A stretch of 60,959 nucleotides of DNA, the filler included. It is 4 parts of 4 records of this genome, joined end to end, with 100 filler letters (N's around TTAATTAATTAA, not from the genome) between each part and the next. Parts side by side here need not be neighbours in the genome. Positions count along the whole stretch, not along the records: positions 41,707 to 54,809 come from SRR22947725_429; positions 54,910 to 60,959 come from SRR22947725_444; 2 more parts are not named here. One strand, given 5' to 3'. The position numbers and the translations under genes were made by a program. The notes under the pieces were generated by a model, which worked only from the letters and a program-made list of their open reading frames with translations, was not told the DNA's origin and did not search any database. This document shows positions 52,190 through 60,959 of the stretch, one piece after another; positions within the stretch are counted from its first letter, which is position 1; each line of letters opens with the position of its first letter.

Positions 52190-53897
52190 GACTTATAGAT
52201 TAAATAATTTATTCATATTTTTAATAATTTGCATTGTATTTAACCCTACTTCTCTTAATGCATCAATATATTCTGCTACAAGTGGTTATATAACAAATGA
52301 TAAAATTTCGTCCTACTTAAAAGGATCGATAATGCTAAATAGTGACAAATTTAGCGAAGCTAATAAACACTTTTCTAAAGCCCAATCACTTTCTGCAGTG
52401 CATGAAGACTATAATTCACAATACATCTTCTCTCTAGTTGTGGATGGAAAAATAGATAGCGCCAACAAATTGATTGTTAGACTCGATCCTTCTCAAAAAG
52501 AAACTTTTTTATTTCAATTTATAGAAGGTGTTCACTTAATTAATAGCAGAAATTATTTTCTTGCTAAAAAAAAATTCAAATCAATTAAAACAAATAATGT
52601 TTTATTCAAAGAGTTGACGAACTATGTCCAGTTATGGCTTAATGTGTCACTATCCAATGAAACCAATCAAGAAAAAAAAATTAATAGTTTTGAGACATCA
52701 TTTCTTAATATAAAGTTAATTCAAAGCTTACTTCTGTATGGGCATGTTGAAAATAATGACTTGTATTTAAAAGCAAGCAAAGAAATTCTAAGCAAAAACC
52801 AGTTAGGCCGTTATCATTTTTTTCATGTCATTTACCTTGTAGAAAAAAATAAAATTGATGAAGCTAAGCGAGTAATTGAAAATCAATTAAAAATTAATCC
52901 GAATAATTTATTAACTAAGCAGAGTTATGTGGCCTTAACAGACAATAATTTGTCTTTTTTCAGAGGTTCTTATGAATCGGCAAACATTAACCATGGAATT
53001 TCTGAACTTTTATATTTATTTTCAAATTTATTTCAACAGCAGGGTCAAGTAAGCCTGTCTAAATTATTTTTTTCTTTATCTAATTATTTAAACCCATCTT
53101 TTATTTCAAATAAATTATTAATTTTTGAAAATCAACTTATTTCAAAGCAGAGCTTAAGCTTTGATGAAAAGCTTTCTCAAAGCATTTCTAACTTGGGGGG
53201 AGAATTTTATTGGTATGTAAATTTTAATAAATTATCTTTTGACCAGGATAATTTGACAGAAAAAAATGAGCCTGTTCTAAAAAATTTAATAAAATATTTG
53301 TCAGAAAATAAGCACTTTCATTTTTCTAAGCTAATGAATATGGGAGACTATTACCGATCTATCAAGGATTATAACCAGGCCATTAGTTATTATGATCAAG
53401 CAGAAAAGTATGCAAATCAAAAAGATTTGGATTGGAGGTTTTATTACTCAAGGGGTATTTGTAAGGAACGTTTGAAGCAATGGTCTCTTGCAGACAAGGA
53501 TTTTATACTATCTTTAAAGCAGTCACCAAAAGAATATCGAGTATTGAATTATATGGCATACAGCTGGCTGGAAAGAGGCATATATTATAACAAGGCGCTT
53601 CAACTATTAGAGGAAGCTGTTGATATAAGTAAATGGGAGCATGGATATGTAATAGACTCTTTGGGTTGGGCTCATTATTTACTAAATAATTTTGAAAAAG
53701 CAGAGTCGTTATTGGAATTGGCTTACACAAAAGCTCCTAATGAAGCCGAAGTTTATGATCATTATGGAGATATACTCTGGAAGAATAATAAAAAAATACA
53801 AGCAAAGTATGTCTGGAGCAATGCCCTCAAATTGCAGTCGCTTGAAAAAGACAGAAAAGTTAAAATAAAAGAAAAAATATTAAATGGTATTAATTAA
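52188..53897 (+). CDS. exported tetratricopeptide repeat protein
   Basis: Signal-like N-terminus; VLNYMAYSW, DSLGWAHY, DHYGDILW; sits upstream of ispE. Confidence 0.85.
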   Translation: MTYRLNNLFIFLIICIVFNPTSLNASIYSATSGYITNDKISSYLKGSIMLNSDKFSEANKHFSKAQSLSAVHEDYNSQYIFSLVVDGKIDSANKLIVRLDPSQKETFLFQFIEGVHLINSRNYFLAKKKFKSIKTNNVLFKELTNYVQLWLNVSLSNETNQEKKINSFETSFLNIKLIQSLLLYGHVENNDLYLKASKEILSKNQLGRYHFFHVIYLVEKNKIDEAKRVIENQLKINPNNLLTKQSYVALTDNNLSFFRGSYESANINHGISELLYLFSNLFQQQGQVSLSKLFFSLSNYLNPSFISNKLLIFENQLISKQSLSFDEKLSQSISNLGGEFYWYVNFNKLSFDQDNLTEKNEPVLKNLIKYLSENKHFHFSKLMNMGDYYRSIKDYNQAISYYDQAEKYANQKDLDWRFYYSRGICKERLKQWSLADKDFILSLKQSPKEYRVLNYMAYSWLERGIYYNKALQLLEEAVDISKWEHGYVIDSLGWAHYLLNNFEKAESLLELAYTKAPNEAEVYDHYGDILWKNNKKIQAKYVWSNALKLQSLEKDRKVKIKEKILNGIN

Positions 53898-54762
53898 AAA
53901 AACTACACTAAAATCTCCTGCTAAAATAAATCTTCATCTCAGAGTTCTTAAAAAAGTACCAAATAAATACCATTTAATTGAAAGCCTTGTTTCATTGATT
54001 GGCCTATATGACGAAATTACTATTAAAGAAACCTTGGCCAAAAAAACAAAAATAACTTTTTTGGGAAAATTTTCTAAAACAATATCTTCACATGACAATT
54101 CAATAATTACCGCCTTGTCTTCATTGCAAAATATTAATGAAAAAATAAGAAATAAAAATTTTATTATTAAAGTGAAAAAAAATATTCCAGTAGGATCTGG
54201 ACTAGGTGGGGGCTCGTCCAACGCTGTTATTATACTATTATTTCTGATAAAAAAATTTAATTTAAATGTAAAAAAAAAAAATTTATTAGAAATTCTAAAT
54301 AAAATAGGATTTGATTCTAGAATATTTTTAAATAAATATCCTAAGTTTATTTCCCATTATGGCGAGAGAACAAATATTTTTAAATACAAATTTAGGTTGA
54401 ACGTTTTACTGATCTACCCGAACAAACCTAACTTTACAAAAACTATTTATCAAAAAAATAAATCATTTAGCAAAACATTCAGTATTAAAAAAACTCAACA
54501 AAGAATAAAAAAAAATATTCATGAATATTTTCGTACCGCAAACAATGATCTTGTGTATGCTGCCAAAAAAATTAATCCTAGAATAGGACATATAATTGAC
54601 TATTTGAAAAAACAAAAAATGTGTGATTTTGTGCAAATGACAGGTAGTGGGTCTTGTTGTTTTGCTATTTTCAAGAGTAAAAAAACCCTTTTAAAATGTG
54701 AAAAATTGGTTAAAACCCGCTACAGAAGTTATTGGACAGCAAAGACGAAAACAATTACATAA
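53884..54762 (+). CDS. ispE: 4-diphosphocytidyl-2-C-methyl-D-erythritol kinase
   Basis: PAKINLHL, KNIPVGSGLGGGSSNA, MTGSGS. Confidence 0.92.
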   Translation: MVLIKKTTLKSPAKINLHLRVLKKVPNKYHLIESLVSLIGLYDEITIKETLAKKTKITFLGKFSKTISSHDNSIITALSSLQNINEKIRNKNFIIKVKKNIPVGSGLGGGSSNAVIILLFLIKKFNLNVKKKNLLEILNKIGFDSRIFLNKYPKFISHYGERTNIFKYKFRLNVLLIYPNKPNFTKTIYQKNKSFSKTFSIKKTQQRIKKNIHEYFRTANNDLVYAAKKINPRIGHIIDYLKKQKMCDFVQMTGSGSCCFAIFKSKKTLLKCEKLVKTRYRSYWTAKTKTIT

Positions 54763-54772
54763 CTAGATATAT

Positions 54773-54809
54773 TGGGGCTTAGCCAAGCGGTAAGGCAGCG
54801 GTTTTTGAT
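54773..54809 (+). tRNA. tRNA-Gln(TTG), 5' half only, truncated by the contig end
   Basis: TGGGGCTTAGCCAAGCGGTAAGGCAGCGGTTTTTGAT: D-arm GCC..GGTAA..GGC, anticodon loop TT-TTG-AT; directly after ispE. Confidence 0.85.
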
Positions 54810-54909
54810 NNNNNNNNNNNNNNNNNNNNNNNNNNNNNNNNNNNNNNNNNNNNTTAATTAATTAANNNNNNNNNNNNNNNNNNNNNNNNNNNNNNNNNNN
54901 NNNNNNNNN
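54810..54909. other. artificial contig linker
   Basis: N44-TTAATTAATTAA-N44. Confidence 0.98.
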
Positions 54910-55236
54910 TTTTCTTGAAAAATCATAATAAAATCCATTTTCTATAATTGGACCAATTGTAACTTGTGTTCCAGGAAAGAGTTCTTGAACAGCCATTGCA
55001 GTTATATGGGCCGTATCATGACGGATAGTTTCTAATCCTTCTTTATCTTTTGAAGTAAAAATTTTAACTGAGCAATCCTCATCAATAACAAAACTTAAAT
55101 CCTTAAGTTCTTCATTAACACTAATAATAGTTGCCTGCTTTGATAAAGATTTACTAATCTTTTCAGCAACCTCAAGTCCTGTTACTTTATTTGGAAATTC
55201 AATAGTGTTTCCATCTGGCAATGTTATTAATGGCAT
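54910..55236 (-). CDS. thrS: threonine--tRNA ligase, 3' truncated
   Basis: ITLPDG TGS domain, [19 protein letters not shown]. Confidence 0.95.
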
Positions 55237-56391
55237 TTAATTTAATAATTTTTTGTATTCTGAATATGTAGAAAAACACATTTTTTCAACATTAAATTTT
55301 TTAATTATATTTTTTCTACCTTCTATACCAATAGATTTCAATCTAGATTCGTCTAATTGTAAGACTTCTATTATTTTTTTACTCAAAGCTTCTGCATTAC
55401 CAGACTGAAATAAAAAACCTGTCACGTTATCAATAATAGTTTCGTTAGATCCCCCAATATCACTTGCTATTATTGGTTTTTCCATTGATTGAGCTTCAAC
55501 TGCTACCCTTCCAAAAGCTTCAGGTTCTACTGAGGCTGAAACAACAATGTCTGATATTTTGTAGGCTAACGGCATATTTTTACAATGTTCTATAAATTTT
55601 AACTGACTAGTTAGCCTATATTGCTCAGCCAATCTTTTAATTTTTTTGGTATAAATGTCTCTTCCTTGATCACTACCCAAAATAATAGCATTAAAAGACT
55701 CATACCCCAGTTCTTTATTAACAAGATTTAATGCCTCAATAAATGTTTCCTGACCTTTCCAAGCAGTTAACCGACCTGGCATTAGGATCGTTTTTTTATT
55801 TCTATCAACTTCCCAATCTGAAATAAGTCTGTTTTCTTCACTGTCTAAAATTGTTGATAATTCAAAATAATCGACATTAATTCCCCTAAAAATTACTAAG
55901 AATTTTTTTTTTAAATCTAAATATTTTGAATAATTTTGATTAATATGTGAAAAAATAAAATTCGACCCTGCTATTATTAAATCTGATCTAACCATTACTG
56001 TATTATAGTATTTTTTAATTGAGTTTTTAAAATTATAAGTACCATGAAAAGTTGTAACAAACTTTCTTCTTGTAATTTTTGTTGCAAACAAACAAGACCA
56101 AGCTGGAGCACGACTTCTTGCATGAACAATTGATATATTATTTAGTAAAATAATAAAAATCAAAGCTATTGAATTAAAGAGCATTAAAAATGGATTTTTA
56201 CTATGGACGGGAAGTTTTATTACTTTTACTTTTTTTTTATCAATAAATTTTAATAACTCTCCTCCACTAGTTACTATATAAGAACTACAATTATTTTCTG
56301 GTAAATAGTGTGCAAGATCGTAACAGCCTGTTTCTGCACCCCCATATCCAAGTTTAGGAATTACTTGCAGTACTTTTAATTCTGAAGACAT
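55237..56391 (-). CDS. GT4 family glycosyltransferase
   Basis: GGAE, HARSRAPAW, PGRLTAWKGQ, EAFGRVAVEA. Confidence 0.9.
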   Translation of the reverse strand: MSSELKVLQVIPKLGYGGAETGCYDLAHYLPENNCSSYIVTSGGELLKFIDKKKVKVIKLPVHSKNPFLMLFNSIALIFIILLNNISIVHARSRAPAWSCLFATKITRRKFVTTFHGTYNFKNSIKKYYNTVMVRSDLIIAGSNFIFSHINQNYSKYLDLKKKFLVIFRGINVDYFELSTILDSEENRLISDWEVDRNKKTILMPGRLTAWKGQETFIEALNLVNKELGYESFNAIILGSDQGRDIYTKKIKRLAEQYRLTSQLKFIEHCKNMPLAYKISDIVVSASVEPEAFGRVAVEAQSMEKPIIASDIGGSNETIIDNVTGFLFQSGNAEALSKKIIEVLQLDESRLKSIGIEGRKNIIKKFNVEKMCFSTYSEYKKLLN

Positions 56392-56433
56392 TTGATAGAA
56401 CTATATATTAAGAATTAATTCTAATAAACTTAT

Positions 56434-57189
56434 ATGAATAAATTTAAATACATTAAGATCCTTAATAACAGGCAAATAAGATATTTAAGTAAGGATTATA
56501 GAGATAATCTTTATATTGTTTTTTTACATGGTTTTATGTCAAGCATTGAAGGTGAAAAACCTCAAGCAATACTAAAATTTGCAAAAAAAAATAAGCTTGG
56601 TTTTCTTGCGCTTGAATATTCTGGTCATGGAAAATCCTCAGGAAAATTTACCAAGGGAAATATCACACAATGGTCAAAAGAAGTTGAAATAGTAATAAAA
56701 AAAATAGTTAAAAAAAATAAATTTATCTTAGTTGGTTCAAGTATGGGAGCGTGGCTCTCCTTAAATCAATTTAAATATTTTAAAGATCAAATTCAAGGTT
56801 TTTTAGGAATTGGTTCAGCTCCAGAGTTTTTACAAAACCTAATGTGGAAAAAATTTACAAAAAAAATGAAGAATGAAACTATAAAGAAAGGGATTTACAA
56901 CTTAAAACACGGTAATTATGAGTATCCAATCACTTATCAGTTAATAAAAGATGGTAGAAAAAATAAAATCTTGAATATAAAGATCAAATCCAAAATCAAT
57001 GTAACTATGATTCATGGAAGTAAAGATGAAGTTGTTCCAACAAGTTATTCTAGAAAAGTTCTTAAGTTATTTACTAAAGCTAATAAAAAATTAGTAATAA
57101 TAAAAAATGGTGATCACAGCTTATCAAATAAACGTGGTTTAAAAAGAATACTCTTAGAGCTAGATAAAATTACTTCTAATGTGGTTTAA
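56434..57189 (+). CDS. alpha/beta-fold hydrolase
   Basis: FLHGF, GSSMG, HGSKD, GDHSL. Confidence 0.88.
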   Translation: MNKFKYIKILNNRQIRYLSKDYRDNLYIVFLHGFMSSIEGEKPQAILKFAKKNKLGFLALEYSGHGKSSGKFTKGNITQWSKEVEIVIKKIVKKNKFILVGSSMGAWLSLNQFKYFKDQIQGFLGIGSAPEFLQNLMWKKFTKKMKNETIKKGIYNLKHGNYEYPITYQLIKDGRKNKILNIKIKSKINVTMIHGSKDEVVPTSYSRKVLKLFTKANKKLVIIKNGDHSLSNKRGLKRILLELDKITSNVV

Positions 57190-58035
57190 TCCTTCGATAT
57201 AGCTTGGAAATTTTAAATTATAATCAAAATAACTTTTCATCTTTTTGTTGCTAACTTTTTTAGACTCATTATAAAAATTTTTCAACAACTCACTTTTAAT
57301 TTGGTCAACTTCAATTTTTTCGATATTTTCAATATTTAATATTTTTGCTCCAAATAAAGTAACCTCTTCAGATGTAGAGGGTTTATCATCAGATAGATTA
57401 TATATTTCTCCTGACTTAAATTTTGATAAAGATTTAAATAATATATTTGAAATATCATCTACATGAATTCTAGAAAAAAAATGATTTTTTTTATTGATCA
57501 ATTTTACACCTCCTGATTTTAGACGTATTAAAATATTTTTTTCATTGGAATAAATTCCAGATAACCTAAATATCTGAATTGGTATTTTCTTATTTTTTTC
57601 TAAAGAAAACCATGCATTTTCAGCTTTCAATCTTGCAATACCATTATTTGAAATTGGGTTTGTTTTGCTATTTTCATTAACCCACTCTCCCTTATGATCA
57701 CCATAAATACTAGTGGCTGATAAGTATGTTATCCATTTTACTTTGGAGCTTTCTATAAATTTAGAAAAATTTTTTATAACTAAATCTTCTTGATTTTCTG
57801 GTGGTATAGAAACTAAGATATGATCTGCTTCTTTTAATTTTACAACTAAATTCTGATCAAATTTTTCACTATTAAATAGATAGCTATTATAATTAATACC
57901 ATTGAATGTTTTTTTTGAAGACTCACTTTTAGAGGTTGCTGACAAATTAATATTATACTGCTCAACACTAAGCTTCTTTATAAAATTTTTTGCTACTTGG
58001 CCAAAACCAAAACAAAAAATATTTATATCCTTCAT
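57160..58035 (-). CDS. NAD-dependent epimerase/dehydratase (atypical SDR)
   Basis: FGFGQV, YLSATSIYGD, FRLSGIY, SRIHVDD. Confidence 0.82.
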   Translation of the reverse strand: MKDINIFCFGFGQVAKNFIKKLSVEQYNINLSATSKSESSKKTFNGINYNSYLFNSEKFDQNLVVKLKEADHILVSIPPENQEDLVIKNFSKFIESSKVKWITYLSATSIYGDHKGEWVNENSKTNPISNNGIARLKAENAWFSLEKNKKIPIQIFRLSGIYSNEKNILIRLKSGGVKLINKKNHFFSRIHVDDISNILFKSLSKFKSGEIYNLSDDKPSTSEEVTLFGAKILNIENIEKIEVDQIKSELLKNFYNESKKVSNKKMKSYFDYNLKFPSYIEGLNHIRSNFI

Positions 58036-58036
58036 T

Positions 58037-60958
58037 TTAACTAACTTCTTTTATAATAGATTTTAAACTTATTGGGTTTTTTAGCTTATCAATCATTTCT
58101 TTTGGACAAACTTGAATAAAATTAGAAATTTCTCTATCAAAATTTTCTATAATCTTTTTAGAAAAATCTGAATTTGTCTCCTGGTGATGCTCTTGAACTA
58201 AATTTTTTAAATAAGTTATCCAATAATCTGTTTCTGGTGTTTGCCATACTACAGTCTCTGGGTTTACTTTTTTATCAAATTTCTTATTTATATCGTAAAT
58301 AAACGCCATTCCGCCAGTCATTCCAGCTCCAAAATTGTCTCCTACATCGCCTAGAATTATAACTGTGCCACCAGTCATATATTCACAAGCATTAGAATCG
58401 CATCCTTCAATAACTGAAATTGATCCTGAATTTCTTACCGCATACCTTTCTCCAGCTTGGCCTGCTGCAAAAAGTTTTCCAGATGTTGCTCCATACAAAA
58501 CTGTATTTCCTATTATGGTATTCTCATGTGAAACTAGATTACTTTCGTCTGGAAGTTTAACTACCACTGTTGCTCCTGATAAACCTTTGCCAACATAATC
58601 ATTAGCATCACCTTTTAAAATAAGTTTTAATCCTTTTATTGCAAATGCACCAAATGACTGTCCAGCTGACCCTTTAAACTTTAAAGATAAAAAGCCATCT
58701 TCTAGTTTTTCAGATCCATATTTTTCATAAAGATGATTAGAAATTCTTGTTCCAACTGTCCTATGAGTATTTTTAATAATATATTCCTTTTCAATAATTT
58801 TTACTTTTCCAATTTGTTCTTTAATTTCAGGTAAAATTTCTTGATCCAAAGTATCTGGAACAGAATTTATTTCTGGAACTGTACAGTATCTTGTATTCTC
58901 ACCAGCATCTGTTTGAACAAATAAAGGGTTAAGATCTAAATCATCTAAGTTTGGTGAAGCTTTACTTACCTGTCTTAATAAATCAGTCCTTCCAATTATT
59001 TCATTTAATGATTTAAATCCTATTTGTGCTAAAATTTCTCTTACTTCCTCAGCTATAAATCTAAATAAGTTGACTACCTTTTCTGGTGTACCAGAAAATT
59101 TTTCTCTTAGTTTTTCATCTTGAGTACAAACTCCAACTGGACATGTGTTTGAGTGACACTGTCTAACCATTATACATCCCATAGCTACTAAAGCTGTAGT
59201 AGCTACTCCATATTCTTCTGCTCCCATCATGGCTGCAATAACAACATCTCTTCCTGTTTTAATTCCACCATCTGTTCTTAGAGTAACTTTATGCCTTAAA
59301 TTATTTAAAGTTAAAACTTGATTAGTTTCAGTTAATCCCATTTCCCAAGGTATCCCCACATATTTAACACTTGTTTGCGGTGTAGCTCCTGTTCCTCCAT
59401 TATGTCCAGAAATTAAAATTATATCTGCTTTAGCTTTAGCTACTCCAGCTGCGATTGTTCCTATGCCAGAGGATGCTACTAATTTTACACCAACTCTTGC
59501 TTTTGGATTGGCTTGTTTAAGATCATAAATTAATTGAGCTAAATCCTCGATAGAATAGATATCATGGTGAGGTGGTGGTGATATTAGGGTTACACCCGGT
59601 GTTGAATGTCTTAATTTGGCAATTTCTTCTGTAACTTTAAACCCTGGTAATTGACCTCCCTCACCAGGTTTTGCTCCTTGTGCAATTTTAATCTCTATTT
59701 CGTTACAGTTATTTAGATATTTAAGTGTTACTCCAAATCTTGCTGAAGCTATTTGCTTAACTCTAGAATTAGCACTATCTCCGTTTTCCATCTTAATAAA
59801 TCTTTTTTCATCTTCTCCACCTTCACCACTACAAGAGGCTCCTTTTATTCTATTCATTCCTATAGCTAATGTTTCGTGTGCTTCTTTCGATAATGCACCG
59901 TGAGACATACTTCCACTTCCAAATCTTGTTAAAATATTTTCAATTGGTTCTACTTCTGAAATATCTAAGGATGGGTTTAAATTTTTATCTCTAAATCCAA
60001 TCAAGTCTCTAAGGTGTATAGGGGGAAGATTATAAATACCTTCTGCATATTTTTTATAAGCTTCAAAAGAATTTGATGAAACTGCACTTTGCAAAAGATG
60101 AATGAGCTTACCTTGATATTGATGAGTTTCACCATCCTTTCTATATCTATAAATTCCTCCGATTGGTAAAACTGCATCCGTTCCTTCAAATGCTTCTTTG
60201 TGAATAGTTCTTAATTTTTTTTCTATTCCATTTAACCCTATGCCTGAAATCTTTGATAAAATTCCTGGAAAGTATTCTGATGCTACTGTTCTACTCAAAC
60301 CAACTGTTTCGAAATTACATCCACCTCTATAAGAGCTTATGACCGAAATTCCCATTTTTGACATTATTTTCAGAAGTCCATAATTTACCGATTGTATATA
60401 TCTAGCTATGCATTCATCGTACTCAAACTTTCCAAATAATTTTTTTTCAAACCTTTGATATAAACTATCCAGTGCTAAATAAGGATTAACAGTAGTTGCT
60501 CCAACACCTATAAGTGTTGCAAATGAATGCGTGTCTAATGCTTCTCCAGTTTGAGCATTGATTGATGCATAGCCTCTTAATTTTTTTTTAATAAGATAAG
60601 TATTTATTGCACCAACACATAATAGCATTGGGATGGGTAATCTTTTTTCAGAAATATTTTTATCACTTAAAACTAATTGCGTAAGGCCTTGTCGAACTGC
60701 AATTTCAGACTCTTTTCTAATTCTCTCAATAGAAGTTTCAAGATTTTCACTTTTATCAAAAGTACAATCAATTGTTATTGATTTTTCCCCAAAAAAATTA
60801 ATAAATTTTTCTAATTGAGAATTTGATAATATGGGGCTGTCTAAAACGTATATGTTTTCTTCTGTTAAATTAGTAAAATCTAAAATATTTCCAAGATTAC
60901 CAAAACGAGTTTTTAAACTCATAACCTTGTTTTCTCTTAAAGAATCAATTGGTGGATT
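58037..60958 (-). CDS. gltB: glutamate synthase large subunit, 5' part beyond the window edge
   Basis: SGEGGE, KQIASARFG, AQGAKPGEGGQL, PPPHHDIYSIED, C-X5-C-X4-C 3Fe-4S motif, GXGXG C-terminal domain. Confidence 0.96.
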   Translation of the reverse strand, partial: NPPIDSLRENKVMSLKTRFGNLGNILDFTNLTEENIYVLDSPILSNSQLEKFINFFGEKSITIDCTFDKSENLETSIERIRKESEIAVRQGLTQLVLSDKNISEKRLPIPMLLCVGAINTYLIKKKLRGYASINAQTGEALDTHSFATLIGVGATTVNPYLALDSLYQRFEKKLFGKFEYDECIARYIQSVNYGLLKIMSKMGISVISSYRGGCNFETVGLSRTVASEYFPGILSKISGIGLNGIEKKLRTIHKEAFEGTDAVLPIGGIYRYRKDGETHQYQGKLIHLLQSAVSSNSFEAYKKYAEGIYNLPPIHLRDLIGFRDKNLNPSLDISEVEPIENILTRFGSGSMSHGALSKEAHETLAIGMNRIKGASCSGEGGEDEKRFIKMENGDSANSRVKQIASARFGVTLKYLNNCNEIEIKIAQGAKPGEGGQLPGFKVTEEIAKLRHSTPGVTLISPPPHHDIYSIEDLAQLIYDLKQANPKARVGVKLVASSGIGTIAAGVAKAKADIILISGHNGGTGATPQTSVKYVGIPWEMGLTETNQVLTLNNLRHKVTLRTDGGIKTGRDVVIAAMMGAEEYGVATTALVAMGCIMVRQCHSNTCPVGVCTQDEKLREKFSGTPEKVVNLFRFIAEEVREILAQIGFKSLNEIIGRTDLLRQVSKASPNLDDLDLNPLFVQTDAGENTRYCTVPEINSVPDTLDQEILPEIKEQIGKVKIIEKEYIIKNTHRTVGTRISNHLYEKYGSEKLEDGFLSLKFKGSAGQSFGAFAIKGLKLILKGDANDYVGKGLSGATVVVKLPDESNLVSHENTIIGNTVLYGATSGKLFAAGQAGERYAVRNSGSISVIEGCDSNACEYMTGGTVIILGDVGDNFGAGMTGGMAFIYDINKKFDKKVNPETVVWQTPETDYWITYLKNLVQEHHQETNSDFSKKIIENFDREISNFIQVCPKEMIDKLKNPISLKSIIKEVS

Positions 60959-60959
60959 T

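Noticed and set aside
54773-54809. Half tRNA as a possible prophage or island attachment site
   Set aside because: The truncation coincides exactly with the contig end and no integrase is present

Overview
This window is not one locus. It is four unrelated AT-rich contigs joined by 100-bp artificial linkers (N44-TTAATTAATTAA-N44 at 25502-25601, 41607-41706 and 54810-54909). Contig 1 (1-25501) looks like a streamlined marine alphaproteobacterium. It carries a possible organosulfur/organic-acid catabolic cluster (MetY-like enzyme, hydrolase, CoA ligase, KDA-dehydratase-like protein, CDO-like cupin, multi-rhodanese, TPP enzyme, TauE, TctABC), a Coq7-like/DCC pair, a Liv-type ABC transporter and acyl-CoA genes. 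Contig 2 (25602-41606) is flavobacterial: argG, a GNAT, pabB, tilS, dsbD, ilvDBNC, gapN, dnaN. Contigs 3 (41707-54809) and 4 (54910-60959) are SAR11-like core genome: atp Fo genes, smc, mutY, ccrM, rnhB, ispE, tRNA-Gln; then thrS and gltB. I saw no mobile element or CRISPR array. The best leads are: (i) an unannotated 27-codon leader peptide with an RRAR run of rare CGN codons ahead of the flavobacterial arginine genes; (ii) an 881-aa SMC with no recognisable hinge or zinc hook; (iii) a 56-aa ORF missing from the ORF track, behind a correctly spaced sigma-54 promoter; (iv) a structured tctC leader and a terminator-like hairpin just before ilvD. Product calls and taxonomy come from motif recognition only; no searches were run.
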